DNA from: Ophelia neglecta
Taxonomy: Eukaryota
Length of the DNA stretch: 64,000 nt
NCBI GenBank assembly: GCA_965285935.1
Contig: OZ260663.1
Span: 56,544,001-56,608,000 of the forward strand
Direction of reading: 5' to 3'
Part shown: positions 1 through 12,436 of the stretch, piece by piece
Numbering within the stretch: the stretch's first letter is position 1
Layout: every line of letters starts with the position of its first letter
Notes under the pieces: model-generated
Told to the model about the DNA's origin: nothing
Databases searched by the model: none
What the model saw: the letters and a program-made list of their open reading frames with translations, nothing else
Program-made: the position numbers and the translations under genes

Positions 1-1890
1 TGCGCCATTTTGTATTTAGTCATCAATCATAATCATGAGCAGAGACCACTGTTCGGTAAGATAATTATTCATAATAATTCAAAACAAATAATCCGATCGG
101 CTGGTTTTCTAGGACGAGGGAGACACTGGCTATATAAGAAATAAATGAACTTAAACCTTGCTTGACCGGAAGTAGTCTATTTTTTAAGGTCTGAACATGT
201 TCGCTTTCATTCTCTAGCAAATCTTGAAAAAGGGAATGGATATAAGGAAAGGCGATTTTCGCATATCAATGATGAGTCGGCTAGAAGTAAACAATGGTTG
301 ACAGTAATCTCTTTATTACTTTTAATATAGTAATACTAATATCAGTTCGATATAGTTTTCCAGCTGTCAGGCTCCTGTACATATATACACACGCATCTGA
401 TCTTTCCAGTTTCCCGTTCTAGCTGGCTTTCTTCTCCACGCATACAACAGCCGTTAACAGAATCAACCTCATGATAGGGCAAACAGTTTGATTCTAGGTC
501 ATTGTTTGTATTTAGATGGAGTTTGTTTTGTGTTGACCATGTTACAATAGTATCTCGCCAAAATACTCACATTCTCCCAAATATGATCTGCAGGCAAGCG
601 ACTTTGGCCAGTATAATAGGTTTATTTTTTATTAAAATCATGTTGGAAGGCACGATATATTTTCGACTGTTTGTCGGGCGTGATGCCTGAACTCCCTAGA
701 ATCGATGATAGCAAGACTCCAGAGTCATATACTCGAAACTCGAGGCTTCATACTCGATACTCTAATTTTCTCGATATTTGACGTTCATACTGAACTCGAT
801 AAATCGAATATCTTGCTCAATACTTCTGAAAATGGCTCATTTATATTGTATCAGTTTAGTCCAAAATGGCTGACCAACATGACAGATGGAAATTTTGCGT
901 ACAAAAATGTATTGCCTCTTTATAAAATTTGCTCGAGCTGTATCGCTGTCTACCTTTCAAATCAGTCCATATCGCCCATGCTAAGGAACACGTGTCCAGA
1001 GCTCTGTTAAATGAGGAAGGTGGGACAATCGGCTTGAGAAAGAGCCCCATATACGGGTCAATTGTCATTCTGGCGACAGGACAAGTGCTTCCGTGGAGGT
1101 TTAGGTTAGGTTATAGAGCGGAATAGGTCAGGAATCACTATGAACCTTTATTGACCTTACATTAAATAAATGATAAGTCTAACTTAAACATGAATGATAA
1201 ATACTCAGAATCAACACTTAATAATTATGATAAATAAGTAAGGCGGAATTGCTCGGCAAGTAAATATAGGATTATCGTTCTTTGGTTTGTTGGTGGTAAA
1301 CCTCTCAGAACCAAATAAGCTCAAATGGTTGATGATCATGCAAATGATGTGATGCGGTCCACGCAATCACATGGGACGTGTCTCTTTCGGCCTGATTGAA
1401 GTTAGTTAATGCCGAATTAGACGCCACTAGCTATGTTCACTTAACATGAACACCTTCAACAATTCCTCGGGCCATTTCTGTAACTCTGTCTTGCTCCTTG
1501 ATTCGACTTGACATTCCATCGACCCGTTTATATGGAGCGCCCTATCGTACAGTTAATGTCGTCTGAAGGTCACGGGATCCGAGGAAATTGTTGTCTTGAT
1601 CCACTTAATCATTGCAAGTGGCAGGTTCTAGTTGTTCTTCATGTTTTAGATATGTTGGATGCGGACAATTCCAGTGCATTCTCCTTCTAGGCCCCATCGA
1701 TGACCCCAAGCTTACATTATGCTTGCGGGTGCAATGCTGACAAATCAAATTCTCCGACCTTGGCGCAAAATAAAACCGATTGCAGCATTAACATTGCTCT
1801 AGCCGCACAATATTCCCGATTGCCGCATTGACCGCTGCCCAACGGTGGCGCTATTTTGAAAAAATTCTGCATAAATAGCAAGTAAATAGA
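1..1890 (-). pseudogene. Copy A of a diverged direct duplication; probable decayed intron-containing DNA-transposon (MULE-like) transposase, likely extending past the left edge
   Basis: Collinear similarity with 6180-8130, e.g. gacgagggagacac (113/6250), gttaacagaatc..tgatagggc (452/6479), ccaaataagctcaa (1311/7479), tctttcggcct..ttgaagtt (1383/7548), gcattgaccgctgc (1825/8064). Minus-strand peptides include LHLNTNNDLES and LTNFNQAE, broken by stops and frameshifts. The duplication is clear; the MULE label is tentative. Confidence 0.45.
715..825. repeat. Degenerate (AT)ACTCGA minisatellite in copy A
   Basis: atactcgaaactcgaggcttcatactcgatactct...gaactcgata; about 7/21-bp periodicity. Confidence 0.7.
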
Positions 1891-2230
1891 GAGTATTTAA
1901 AACATAGTATTAAAATGGTTTCAAGAGAACTTTATTCAATGAAGTTCCTGGTGCCCGCCAGCAGTTCAGTTGTCTACCAACACAGCTTCATCCCAGCCGC
2001 AATCCATCTCTAGAATTGCCTGCTACACGAGGCTACCGCTACCACATCAAGCCATGCTTTCCGTACCAGCCTAGCATCCATACAATTGGTTGCGAAACAC
2101 TAGCTGTTTTTAACCACACAATATCGCACAGGATTTTCTGTTCTTTTTATCGAGATTTTCTCAGGAGCCGCGCACTTGCACACTTAGACATTTCGACAAT
2201 GCTCTTTAGAAAGTCACTATAATTACTATA

Positions 2231-2265
<35 letters not shown>
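2231..2265 (+). repeat. (GAT)11 microsatellite
   Basis: Read directly from the sequence. Confidence 0.97.
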
Positions 2266-2266
<1 letters not shown>

Positions 2267-2889
2267 TTTCACTAAGTTCAAACAGTATACGCGCGCGCCC
2301 TCAATTGTGACTGATCATACAGTTACATAAACCGCCATGTTACTGAAAACTCATTTACTTAAATAGTAAATGTGAATGGAAAACATTACACGAGCCACAT
2401 GAACACGAACACGATGGCTATTGTATTAATCTAACACCCATTTCTAAAATGTAAGGATAATAAACTAACCATAAAAGGATAAACTCTGGTGTGTATTAAA
2501 GTGAAGTATACCCATTTCTAAATTAACACACATAAAATACATGGTAGGAGAGGTTAGGTGCGCTTCCTGCAAGGCAAACTAGGTAACAAACGAGTGCACG
2601 AGACACACGAGTTACAACGAATTCACCAAAATAACTTATCTATAAACAATCAGATTTTCCGTTATGTATTATCTTAATATAGTCCTAAAACTTATAAAAT
2701 TATATTTGCAATTACTGCAAATGGTAAAATTAAGTTAGGGCCTATAGCATTAAAAAAATTGAAGTCGAAGCCGCATCTCGCGGAGGGCTAGATGCGTTCG
2801 AAAAACAGCAAATTGGAAAGCGCATTTAGTATCAGACTTCTCTGTATCATTAAGTCAAATAGGCCTATCTTATAATACTGTTTCGCAAC

Positions 2890-4030
2890 ACGCCTGTTCT
2901 GCTCGCACAAACTTTTAAACGTCACGCAATCAAATAATGTAATAGCCGTAAAATAAGTACCTTGTCATTATTGTCGCTTTGGCAATTCTTGGCGTGGGTT
3001 GAAACTAAATCCACATCACATTTGTGAGCGTATACAAATTTGCTTAATTTCTCTTGCAAAATTCCTTTCATCAGCGTTATTTTAATTATCCTGCTACTGA
3101 AGAGTGCTAGCCTACTTAGTTGCCATCAAAACAATGACAAAACCCTGAAATGGCTGAACGTGCCATATTAATGTAACTGTATTCTACTTGCTGACAAATA
3201 TGTCAAAATATTCAGCACATTGGCCTAGAGAGGCTTGAAATGGATTAATTGATTCATGTGCACATCACCCAGCCCACGTTTTCCATTCAGGAGTTGTTGT
3301 TTCCTTTTTCCGAGAGATGAGAGCGACCACCTTTAATTCTGCAATTCCTGGTGTTTTGGTTCAAGGGCGGACATCTTCCATGGGGCAAATGTCAATGACT
3401 GATTCTTCAGTCGGTCATGTTTCGTGTCCTCTGGGGATGGACAGCGATCTAATTGTGGCGATAGCAGGATCGGTGGTTGTATTAGCATGCTCAGCGGATT
3501 GCGGGATAATCACGGCCAAGATTGTCACACGGCGCCGTAAGTGTTGCTTTGTCCTTTCTGTCCTATGCTAGGTATTTGCTTATTAGCGAGAAAGAGGGAA
3601 TGCATGTCCAGCTAGGGAGCCCAATTTATTGTCAATGAATCTATTGCTGCCAAATTCACCCTCCAGCTGCCCCATCAAAACCTGAATTTGTGTTTAACTA
3701 AATACCCAGCATACCAAATATGGCATCTCGTGCATGCCTCGAGTTCACACTATTACTCCCCATTAAGTATTCTGCTATGGTGATTTGAGATTTGATTCTG
3801 CAGGAAAACTTCCCGTAGGGACATGCCATGGACTAGTAAGCGGGGAACCAGATCTCGATCACCCGGCAGGTTTATTTGGGCTATAGCTGTAGTGTTGTCC
3901 GATTCTACCAGGACTGTTTTGTTCCGCTCCTTTACAAAAGGCAGGATTGCCATGTACTAAACATTCAACACCAAAACATATAGCTATGAAGCTGTGGCTC
4001 CTGAGCAAGCAGACCCCAAGTGCTGTGTTA
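2890..4030 (-). mobile_element. Degenerate DIRS1-type retrotransposon: RNase H, methyltransferase-like region and tyrosine recombinase N-terminal half
   Basis: Minus strand in order, with frameshifts. AQEPQLH...MAILPFVKERNKTVLVESDNTTAIAQIN is DIRS RNase H (ORF 3753-3953). AAIDSLTINW...HAFP...LISKYLA*DRKDKATL...LSMLIQPPILL is the post-RNase H methyltransferase-like region. WKTWAG*CAHESINPFQASLGQCAEY...YINMARSAISGFCHCFDGN*VG*H...LMKGIL...CDVDLV...ASRTGVL is the DIRS tyrosine recombinase. Confidence 0.85.
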
Positions 4031-5889
4031 TTAAAAAACTTTCTGACTTCAAGTCCCCGTCTTTTGCCATGCTTTCTACTTCCGGTTTGATTTCCAATTA
4101 ATTAAATGGTTATGACTGTCATGGTTTGTTAAGAAAAACTTGGCCGAAATGAAATCAAAACAAAATGTTTACAAATGCAATTGTTGCTTAAAGCTTAGAT
4201 TTTAGACATGCGTCAAGTGATACAGCCAACTAAGAGCAATTACAGCAGCAAGGAGGACCTTAGTACAATGACATATCACATAATTTTGTTGATAAGTCAA
4301 ATTTCCCAAAATAAGTGTCCATTTTTGACCTAAAAGTATAATTTCGGTCAATAGCGATCACTGTCTATAAGGCACGTACGGGCTGGTAACATAATAACAA
4401 TTTCACAGTGTATTTTCACCAAAGCCCATATTAGTAATATTCGTGGTATCAACCCACAAAAACTGCTGATAAATAGAGCGATCGAAGTATTTAACCATTT
4501 GCATTGTTTCGTGCTATCATATTGTTGTAAACTACATGCATATGGCAGGGAACTAACTGAAATAAACCAAAACAACTCTTAAAAACGATACCATGGTGTG
4601 AGAATTTGATGTCTATTTCTAGACATCTAAATGTTATTTGGCCAGCATACATGACCTTCTACTAATAAAATTGTTAACGTGAATGCCTATATATTAAATA
4701 AAATGTTAAATCATCGAGCCATGCCGTCCTCTTAGTCACTTAAAGTTGACTAGACAAGCAAAGAAAATTTATTTTCAAAGAAGGGCAAAATTATATTTAT
4801 AGCATATATGCCTTTATTTTTCAAGCCCATTAATACATTTGCGCTCGAGAGGCATATATTGACCACTTCAACATCAATTCATCACGGACGCTTCAATAAG
4901 TTCATTTTTTTTATAGATTTGGCGACCCGTTCATTAACCGGAAGAGGCTACATAAGCGTTCTCTGATGACGTTAAAGGCAATTTTTTATGCTTGCAGGTC
5001 TTTAGCATAAAGTGGTTTTTATCTTATTTAAGTTTTAATTTGCTTTATTAAGCTTGAATACGATAGCTCGAGATTCATTAAAATGTGGATCTTAGGCTAT
5101 ATGATAAGCGAGCGCTAATATATTTTGTCTGCTATTAAAAATACTCCTGCAATTCATCATAGTTTTCGATTCCCAGCATGCTTTTTCACCTTTAAATTTT
5201 TTTAAATGTTTTTAAAAAATATTAACAAGACTTTCCGCACCGATGTGAGAATAAATCTTACTAAGAAATAAGCGTAGGAAACGTTACTCTGCAACATACA
5301 ATATTCCAAAACAATTTTTTATTTTAGCTGACATCGTGAAATAGATACTGGCACCTTTCGCTGTTTTTGATTGTATGTGTTACAAATTTGAGCTTTATTT
5401 CGACTTTTTAAAGACAAAGCCTCCTAACTTTACCACCACTGAGGCTTCCTGAAGATGTATTTCCCTTTAAGTATACACTAGTTTATGTGTTCAATCAATT
5501 TTGTGGGAAAAAAAAACAGGCGACGGACTACTTTTTTTGCATTAGCTTGGTTTAACGTCGTGTTTCTTATTTATCGGTCTTGAGTATACGAATCCAGTTC
5601 GTGAAATCGGAAACTATTATCCTGGGTTAACAAAATAATTCCTGAAATTCTCATTAGAATTAGAAGTGTGTCCGGTTACAAATTAACCGATGCTAACTAT
5701 TTCACTGAGAGACACTCACTTCTAAAGAATAAATCAAGGATACTCGGACGGTTAAGATAATAAACTGACCTATATTCCTATCACAGTTTGATGATAAAGG
5801 GCTAAAACCCCAACCAAATCTTTATCTGCACACACAACACTAAATAAACTTAAATAGGTAGTTGGCCTCTTTTATTGAAAAACAGCAAG

Positions 5890-8130
5890 GAAGGCAGCTG
5901 TCAAGAGGATCAAACAGGAAAATATGTTAATGCTGAAGTCCTTCTTCATGAACATGCGCTGTCAGCGGTGAGATCATTTCGAGAACAAAGCAGGAAATAG
6001 TTTTTATGAATACGATATAGAGTGTGGTTAACATGCAACCATGCACGGGCGACAGGAATAACCTATGAAACACCTGGTCGGCCAATGGTACCTTCGGTTT
6101 TTTATGGTGCAAATATACACAGCATATCCATAATGCACCGGAAGCACAATAGATTTAACTGTAAATGTATTAAACATTTAGAAGTGACCATAGTGAGTTG
6201 AGGATAGTTATTATAAAAAGAATACGGATCAGATCGTTAAGACTTCATAGACGAGGGAGACACAGGCTGGTTCAGTAGAAAATGAATTTCAAAGTATTCT
6301 CGTTACTACTTTTAAAATCCTAACGTTAATACTAATGTAAGTAAGGTAGCCCCGGGCCTCCTACCGCCTTTCTACCTGTCAGGCTTCTGCACATACACAC
6401 AGATTCAACTCCACGCAGCACTTATTCCAATTTGGAGCCCTGGCTGGCTCCATGGGCTCTCTCTTCCACGATTTCCGGTTTAACAGAATCCAAGTCGTGA
6501 TAGGGCCGACAGGTTGATTCTATGCCATTGTTCATTCTGTCTAGACGGAATTTGTTTCGTATCGATCTCATTGCAGGGGATGCTTTTCTTTCGCGCCAAA
6601 GCTCCGATGGGCCAACAAATACAACCAGTCGACCATCTTTGGCAAGATTAACAGATGTTATTGAATTCAAATCATGTCTCAAGTCTCATTTTTTCGACAG
6701 TTGGCCGGGCGCGATGGCAGAATCTCCTAGAATTAATGGAAGCGAGAGACTCGTTATTCATACTCGACAGTCGAGATTTCATACTCGACACTCAATTATC
6801 GTACTCGATACTTGACTTCTTTAACTCGAATCTAAAGTATTTGACTCGAAACGCGTTGTTAGGTATCATTCAAATTGTTTGTAGCCGAACGGTTTATATA
6901 TGTTAAAGCTATACTACATTAAGTTATAATCAAATCATTTCATTACCTCAATTGTCAAGGGCACGTTCCAATCGTCAGTTGCAAATTTTTTTCTCCGTTG
7001 ATATTTTGACGTCCAAAAATAGCAATCAAAAGGCTATATTTTACACTATTAACACGACAGGAAGGTTAATTTCTATTGTGTCAATTTCGGCAGGAATGGC
7101 AGGCAAAATGGCAGATGAAAAATATTAGGACAAAATGGCTTTGCCCCTATATAAATTTTGCACAACCAGCATCACTAGATGGGGAAAGTACAACAATCGG
7201 CTGGAGGGAGAGACCCGTACATCCACAGGCCAATCGTCCTTCTGTCGGCAAGACTATAGTTTCCTTAGCGGTACAGACTATTGAAACGAATAGGCAAGGA
7301 TTCACCCTGAACCTAAATACAACCTCACATTGAAATAAATAATAAAACTTAATCTTAACTGGTAGGTACTCGGAATCCATACTAGGCCTGAATAATCATG
7401 CTTTATGAGTGGTGCGGAGTCACAGGGCAAGTAAATCTATTATTATCATTCTTTGGTTTGGCGATAACCTTCGAGAAGCCAAATAAGCTCAAGTGGTCCA
7501 TGATCGAGCAAACGATGTGATGCTGCCTAAAACAGTCACAGTGGGCATCTTTCGGCCTTATTGAAGTTGGTTAATGTCAAATTAGGCGCCCCTGGCTCTT
7601 TTCACTTAATATGAACATCTTTAACTGTTCCTCGGACAATTTTTGTAGTCGTATATCTCCAACTTGCTCTCTAATTCGATATATAATTACATCGACCGGC
7701 TAATGGAGCGCTTTATCTCCCAGTCAATGTCCTCACCATCTCGCCCGCTGGTCACGCCATCTTAGAGAGTCTTCATCTAACTCAAATGGCATGTTTAAGG
7801 TGTTGTATTTATTCCCTTTATGTAGGATGCTGACACTTCCGGTTCATTCACCTTTTAGGGCGCTGGTAGTTTGCCCTATTGATGAACCCTAGTCTACTTG
7901 ACACCAGCGGATAGGCTGCAGATGAGTCAACTGATCTAATTAATACGATCAAAGTTCATAACCTCACACACAATCTTGCACTTTCACACTCGCCGACCTT
8001 GCTGCACAATAATACCGATTACAGCAACGACATTGCACTGGCCCGACAACAATACCGATAGTAGCATTGACCGCTGCACAACAGTGACACTTTTCATAAA
8101 ACATCCTGTACAATAAGTAAAGGAGAGAAT
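5890..8130 (-). pseudogene. Copy B of the diverged duplication; probable decayed MULE-like transposase
   Basis: Paralogue of 1-1890. Minus-strand peptides RMNNGIES (ORF 6422-6682), LTNFNKAE (~7550-7580) and AWLHVN (~6030-6045). Acceptor-like sites at the same aligned positions as copy A: ttctag|G at 6726 vs 695, and tacag|G at 8105 vs tgcag|A at 1866. Multiple in-frame stops. Confidence 0.45.
6748..6852. repeat. Degenerate (AT)ACTCGA minisatellite in copy B
   Basis: tcatactcgacagtcgagatttcatactcgacactcaattatcgtactcgatacttgac...aactcga...gactcga, at the position matching 715-825. Confidence 0.7.
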
Positions 8131-8164
8131 AAGTATATTGGCCTTTAATATAATTACCACAATA

Positions 8165-8342
8165 CAGTGAAACATGCCTTAAAGTCCTCCTATATAATCA
8201 GACCAACTCTCAATTCAGACCACTAATATGAGGATCTTGTTGTATACTTTCGATGTTAAATAACCTGTCTATAAAGACCACCTCCGAAAACATGCCAGTA
8301 TTTTTCCAGTCCTTTGGTGGACTCAATTCACAGGTTTCACTG
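8165..8342. mobile_element. Tc1/mariner(pogo)-type MITE, copy 1
   Basis: TA|CAGTGAAAC ... GTTTCACTG|TA terminal inverted repeats with TA flanks; related copy at 44621-44791. Confidence 0.85.
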
Positions 8343-10844
8343 TATATAGTCCTAATATTTATTGAAATACCGAATGTCCAGGTAAGTCAGACTTGATTCA
8401 AGTCGATTCTGGTTCAAACAGAGACCAAGTCCACTCCAGGTAGAATCTGGCGTAAGTCCGTGTTAACGCAAGAATTTTTAAACGTGTGTTTGCATAATGT
8501 GTTATAAAACAATGACAATCTATTTCTGGATGACATAGATTCCCTTATCCATTTGAATGTTATTGGAAAATTCGTGGCCGTCATGACAAAACTGAATAAG
8601 ATAATGTCGCTTTATTTTGGTTCAAAATCTCCCCTTTAAGGGAATAAATAATTCCATTTTAATTTTTGTCATATGCAAAGTTTGCACGCAATTTACGTTG
8701 TAATTTCAATTAATATTAGAAAATATTTAGTTGATTCCTCATCGCGCATTCCTCATACACTTATGCAAAATTCTGCATTTGCATCCCGCTCACCATAGGA
8801 TTAGGGGCCATGTACATCTGCACTATATTGGTGGGACTATGACCATGAGCTGGAGCCCAAAACAAACGACTTCCGATCAGCGGTCAACGAAGGAAAGAGC
8901 GCATTATGTTTAAAGCAGTATATGCATGCTCGACAAAACTCTCTAATATTTGGAACATAAAATTTGTCTCCCTAAACATTTGACCAAAGAAAAATTTAAA
9001 GTAGACTAGCATTCTAAAGAGAAAATGGGTATTTTCTTCTAGATATCGCAATAAAAATCTAAATCTAAATCTTTAATATAAACCAGGCACGCTTTAAGTG
9101 TTACTGAACCCATGTATCTGCAACCTACGACGTAACATCAGTAAACGTATGAACCGGATGCACTTGACCATTATAGCCTTATATAGGATGAGCTGAATAT
9201 AATACATGTGAAGGTGGGTGAATAGGAATAAGTTTAAAATAGAGGAAACCTTTTCGATATAGTTGATGTTCAGTCTTGTGATGTAAACTTCAACAGTTGT
9301 AATTTAAAATGCAAAACCCATCGACTATATTTGTATTGCCTATAAAAAGGCCCAACTTGATAAGATGGTGGCCTGTTAGTATAATAGACTAGAATGTAAC
9401 ATCTTCGTGGGTGTAAGCCGGGTCGGGTAGATCTGAACAAGGCTGCTGGTTTAATCCCTCTCCAGGAGATCAAGTATGACCGCTGGGTGACCGCTTTGCG
9501 CTTATTCATACATAGTTATCATAATATACTAGCAACCCTGGCTTACAATTCAATATTCCGCATCAGTGTTCAATATCCCTCCGCAAAGGAGAAATAATTG
9601 ACTGCCATAGTAATAATGTATTGCCGCTAGGGTGCTTCAATCAGCAGAGTGCAAATTGTTTTAGTCACGCCCTTGACCCGACTGGCCAAAACCTACTAAA
9701 CATTTCAGGGAGACTAGCTGTAGGACAGAATGTCAAATTATATGAAGGGAACTCACTGACTTGGACAAATCCATTAATAAATAGACCGATATGGCTCTCC
9801 TCTTTAAAACAACAAATAGATGTGTTATTTATAGAACTGTTTGTTGATTATAAATATACATGAAACTGAGTACATAGTTTGTTGCAGGAATACGTCATTC
9901 ATTAAACTATGCTATCAAATCTGTACAAGTTGGAATCATTTTCTGTTTCGGGCATTGACTAATACAATGTATATCTACTCATGTCGTAAGCCAGTGTTTT
10001 GAAGCGATACAAATTGAGAAATACGAAATATTATGCATCCCCTGCAAATTAACCGACCGAGCCTATACATTCATGATGTGTCGCAGTGTGATTCTAGCCC
10101 GAGCAACCTGAAATACTAGGCAGATTTCCCTGGGTTAAACTCATTTTGCTAACAAACGGGTTGAGATCTCGTCTCTTCACATAAATGTTTGGTACATTAA
10201 TATATAACCTACACATTTCTTTCAACACATTTCATTTAAGCCTATTTTATTTCACACGTGCATGCAATGAAATTGAAATAGTTGCACACTGCTTGGGGTG
10301 AGAGGAAAAAGAATAGCCGTCCCTCTTCCTCGTACAAAGCGCATATACGATCTCTGGCAGAGAGCAACGCAAGAATACAGTTCCTTTTATTAAAAGTCAT
10401 CGGCAAACAACCCAAATAAGTTTTCCTGTTTTAATGAAGATTTAAATTGTCCTAGAAGTATGCATATTGTCAGTGTATGCAATTCCATTTGAGAATTCCC
10501 ATTGATGATGACAAGAACTGACTTTGTAATACATCCCATCACAATGGATCTGGTGCAGGACGGAATTTAAGTCCGAGCAGCACGAAATACCAGGCAGATA
10601 TAATTTATTGCAGAAGATGAGACTGCAAACGGAAGTTGACTGGCCCTAAAATATATAGCATGTCAGTGGAAAACAGGAAAGAAAGAATGAGCACATTCCA
10701 CCAATATAAATCCGGGCATCCTTATAGAACTGAACAAGAGTCAAACTATGAGTAAACTGATGTTATGATCATAACTGTGTGCTATGGCTTTGATTTATAA
10801 AGATAAACAAGACCTTCCACCAATCATCCCAACTATACGAATAA

Positions 10845-12300
10845 AATGAATCAACTGTAAAGGAGCAATGCACACTTCAAATTACTTTTACGAATTTCTT
10901 GGGAAACCAAATGTCCTCGCCCTAAAAGGCGAACACTAGCTCTTTGAGAACAATGGACTTTCTTTTCTGGAGAGCAATGACCCCGCTTTTTCGGCTCATT
11001 TAGTGTCAGACAGACGATCCTTACAACCGAAGTATCCTTACAACCTGTGTCAGAGGCGTAGCTTTCTCTGGCGAATCAGACTAGGGCCAGTTACTCCGAT
11101 GATCAGCAACTCAGGTCGTTTTTGTGCTTCACATGTCAAGACCGCCGAGACAATACTAATGTTAATCTTGACATATATGCCGTCTTCGGAGCATGGTGAC
11201 CTTGCTTATCGCGATGTCGTAGATGAAAAGTAAATTTTTCAATCCACTCTGACTGACGAAAACGTGACTTGCATTACAGGCGATCTCAACTGGATCGAAC
11301 AAATGACCCTCCCTCACCCCAAGAGAGTGCGACATGCAACAGTTGATGACCGTCTACGAGTTATGCTGTTTTTCCGAAAGTCCGATATGTTGTGGTCCAA
11401 ACTATACAATCATTCAATCCGAATGACGGGGCCCGCAATCATACATTGCCCACATATTAGTTTCTAGCCTTTCAACAGATTTTCTCAATGACGTGGCTGT
11501 AATGGACGACAACCAATGAATGTTTGCGACCACCTACATGTGGAAGTAAGCATACACTTACCCGCGCACTAATCCCACCTTACAAAAATGAAAATAGGCA
11601 CAACAATAAAAATGATGATGATGACACAAAACTAGATGATTTGATGCAACAAAAATACAGGGAGTACATGGACGCGATGATAGTTCAAAGAACTCCATTG
11701 CAGCCTGCAATTAACTACTCGCAAATAGATTCCATGTGCGGGAGCTTGGTAAATTGTCTTGTCGTCTGCTCATGTAATGTTTCAATGTTTCAATGTTTCA
11801 ATGTTTTATTTATTTGCCCATCAATACATGATAACAATTTAACAAAATATAGAACAACACTACAAAGGTGACTGCAGATGATGGGCAGGGAGACCACCGC
11901 TAAGGCATAGTATGCCGCTGTCGTGGGGCCACCCTGCACTGACATATTATACTAACGTAAATTGATCATTGATCATTGATGTTCCTGTTAGAAAATATCC
12001 AAAATATCTCTGACCCTATTAATTGAAGAACATCAGGAATTAAAGAAACACATAGATATATGCTAGACTTGCGCAACACAAGGAACCGCCTAGGTGAGTG
12101 ATTTATTCTTAAGCGTTTTATGTGGAGGAATATATAATATAGTAATCATAACAACAAGGGATACGAACCAAAAAAATCGCATTACTGAGGCAAGTTTTGA
12201 TATGAATATGTCATCAAAAGTGATCCTATTTTACTATCGTAGTGAGAGTATGAGCTGAGTGACCAACTTTTTCGGAAGTTGTTTCTTTTTGGATATAATC
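10845..12300 (+). mobile_element. Degenerate CR1/L2-group LINE, ORF2 APE endonuclease and linker (interrupted at 11776-11975)
   Basis: Peptides across frameshifts: NCKGAMHTSNYFYEFLGKPNVLALKGEH*LFENNGLSFLES; FLWRIRL...SGRFCASHVK...LILTYMPSSEHGDLAYRDVVDE; CITGDLN; GPNYT...SYIAHILVS...VMDDNQ*(N)VCDHL. After the insert it resumes DVPVRKYPKYL*PY. Confidence 0.8.
11776..11975 (-). mobile_element. 3' end of a LINE/SINE inserted antisense into the LINE relic
   Basis: Minus strand ends aataaataaaacattgaaacattgaaacattgaaacatt (8-bp tandem tail). It is preceded by a GC-rich stem-loop: gcaggg 11885-11890 pairs with ccctgc 11932-11937, with an inner ggcata-g-tatgcc. A stem-loop plus microsatellite tail is typical of CR1/L2-family 3' ends. 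Confidence 0.7.
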
Positions 12301-12436
12301 GAATTGGAGGACTCTAACCGCTAAAGTAGCTGCCGATGGGATGGAAATTTCTTTATCTATTCGAACCTGCTAAAAAATATATGACTGTGTACTACCCTGT
12401 TAACCTTCGGTGGTGATGTTTTGCAGTTGTATTTAT

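Noticed and set aside
1905-2225. Possible solo LTR (minus-strand aataaagttctcttgaaacc)
   Set aside because: No TG...CA ends, target-site duplication or second copy found.
6686-6688. In-frame TGA upstream of ORF 6422-6682 read as selenocysteine
   Set aside because: Not conserved in copy A, both copies have many other stops and frameshifts, and no SECIS was recognised; ordinary decay.
8030-8085. IPIVALTA (RecQ/response-regulator-like, plus strand) and CSGQCYYRYCC (Shisa-like, minus strand)
   Set aside because: Isolated short matches with no flanking domain motifs and only partial retention in the paralogous copy.
8910-9097. TTAA-flanked Kolobok-like element (ttaaagc...gctttaa)
   Set aside because: Inverted match is only about 3 bp beyond TTAA; expected by chance.
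11992-12093. Apparent exon (ttag|...tag|gtgagt)
   Set aside because: Stops in all frames; it lies inside the LINE relic.
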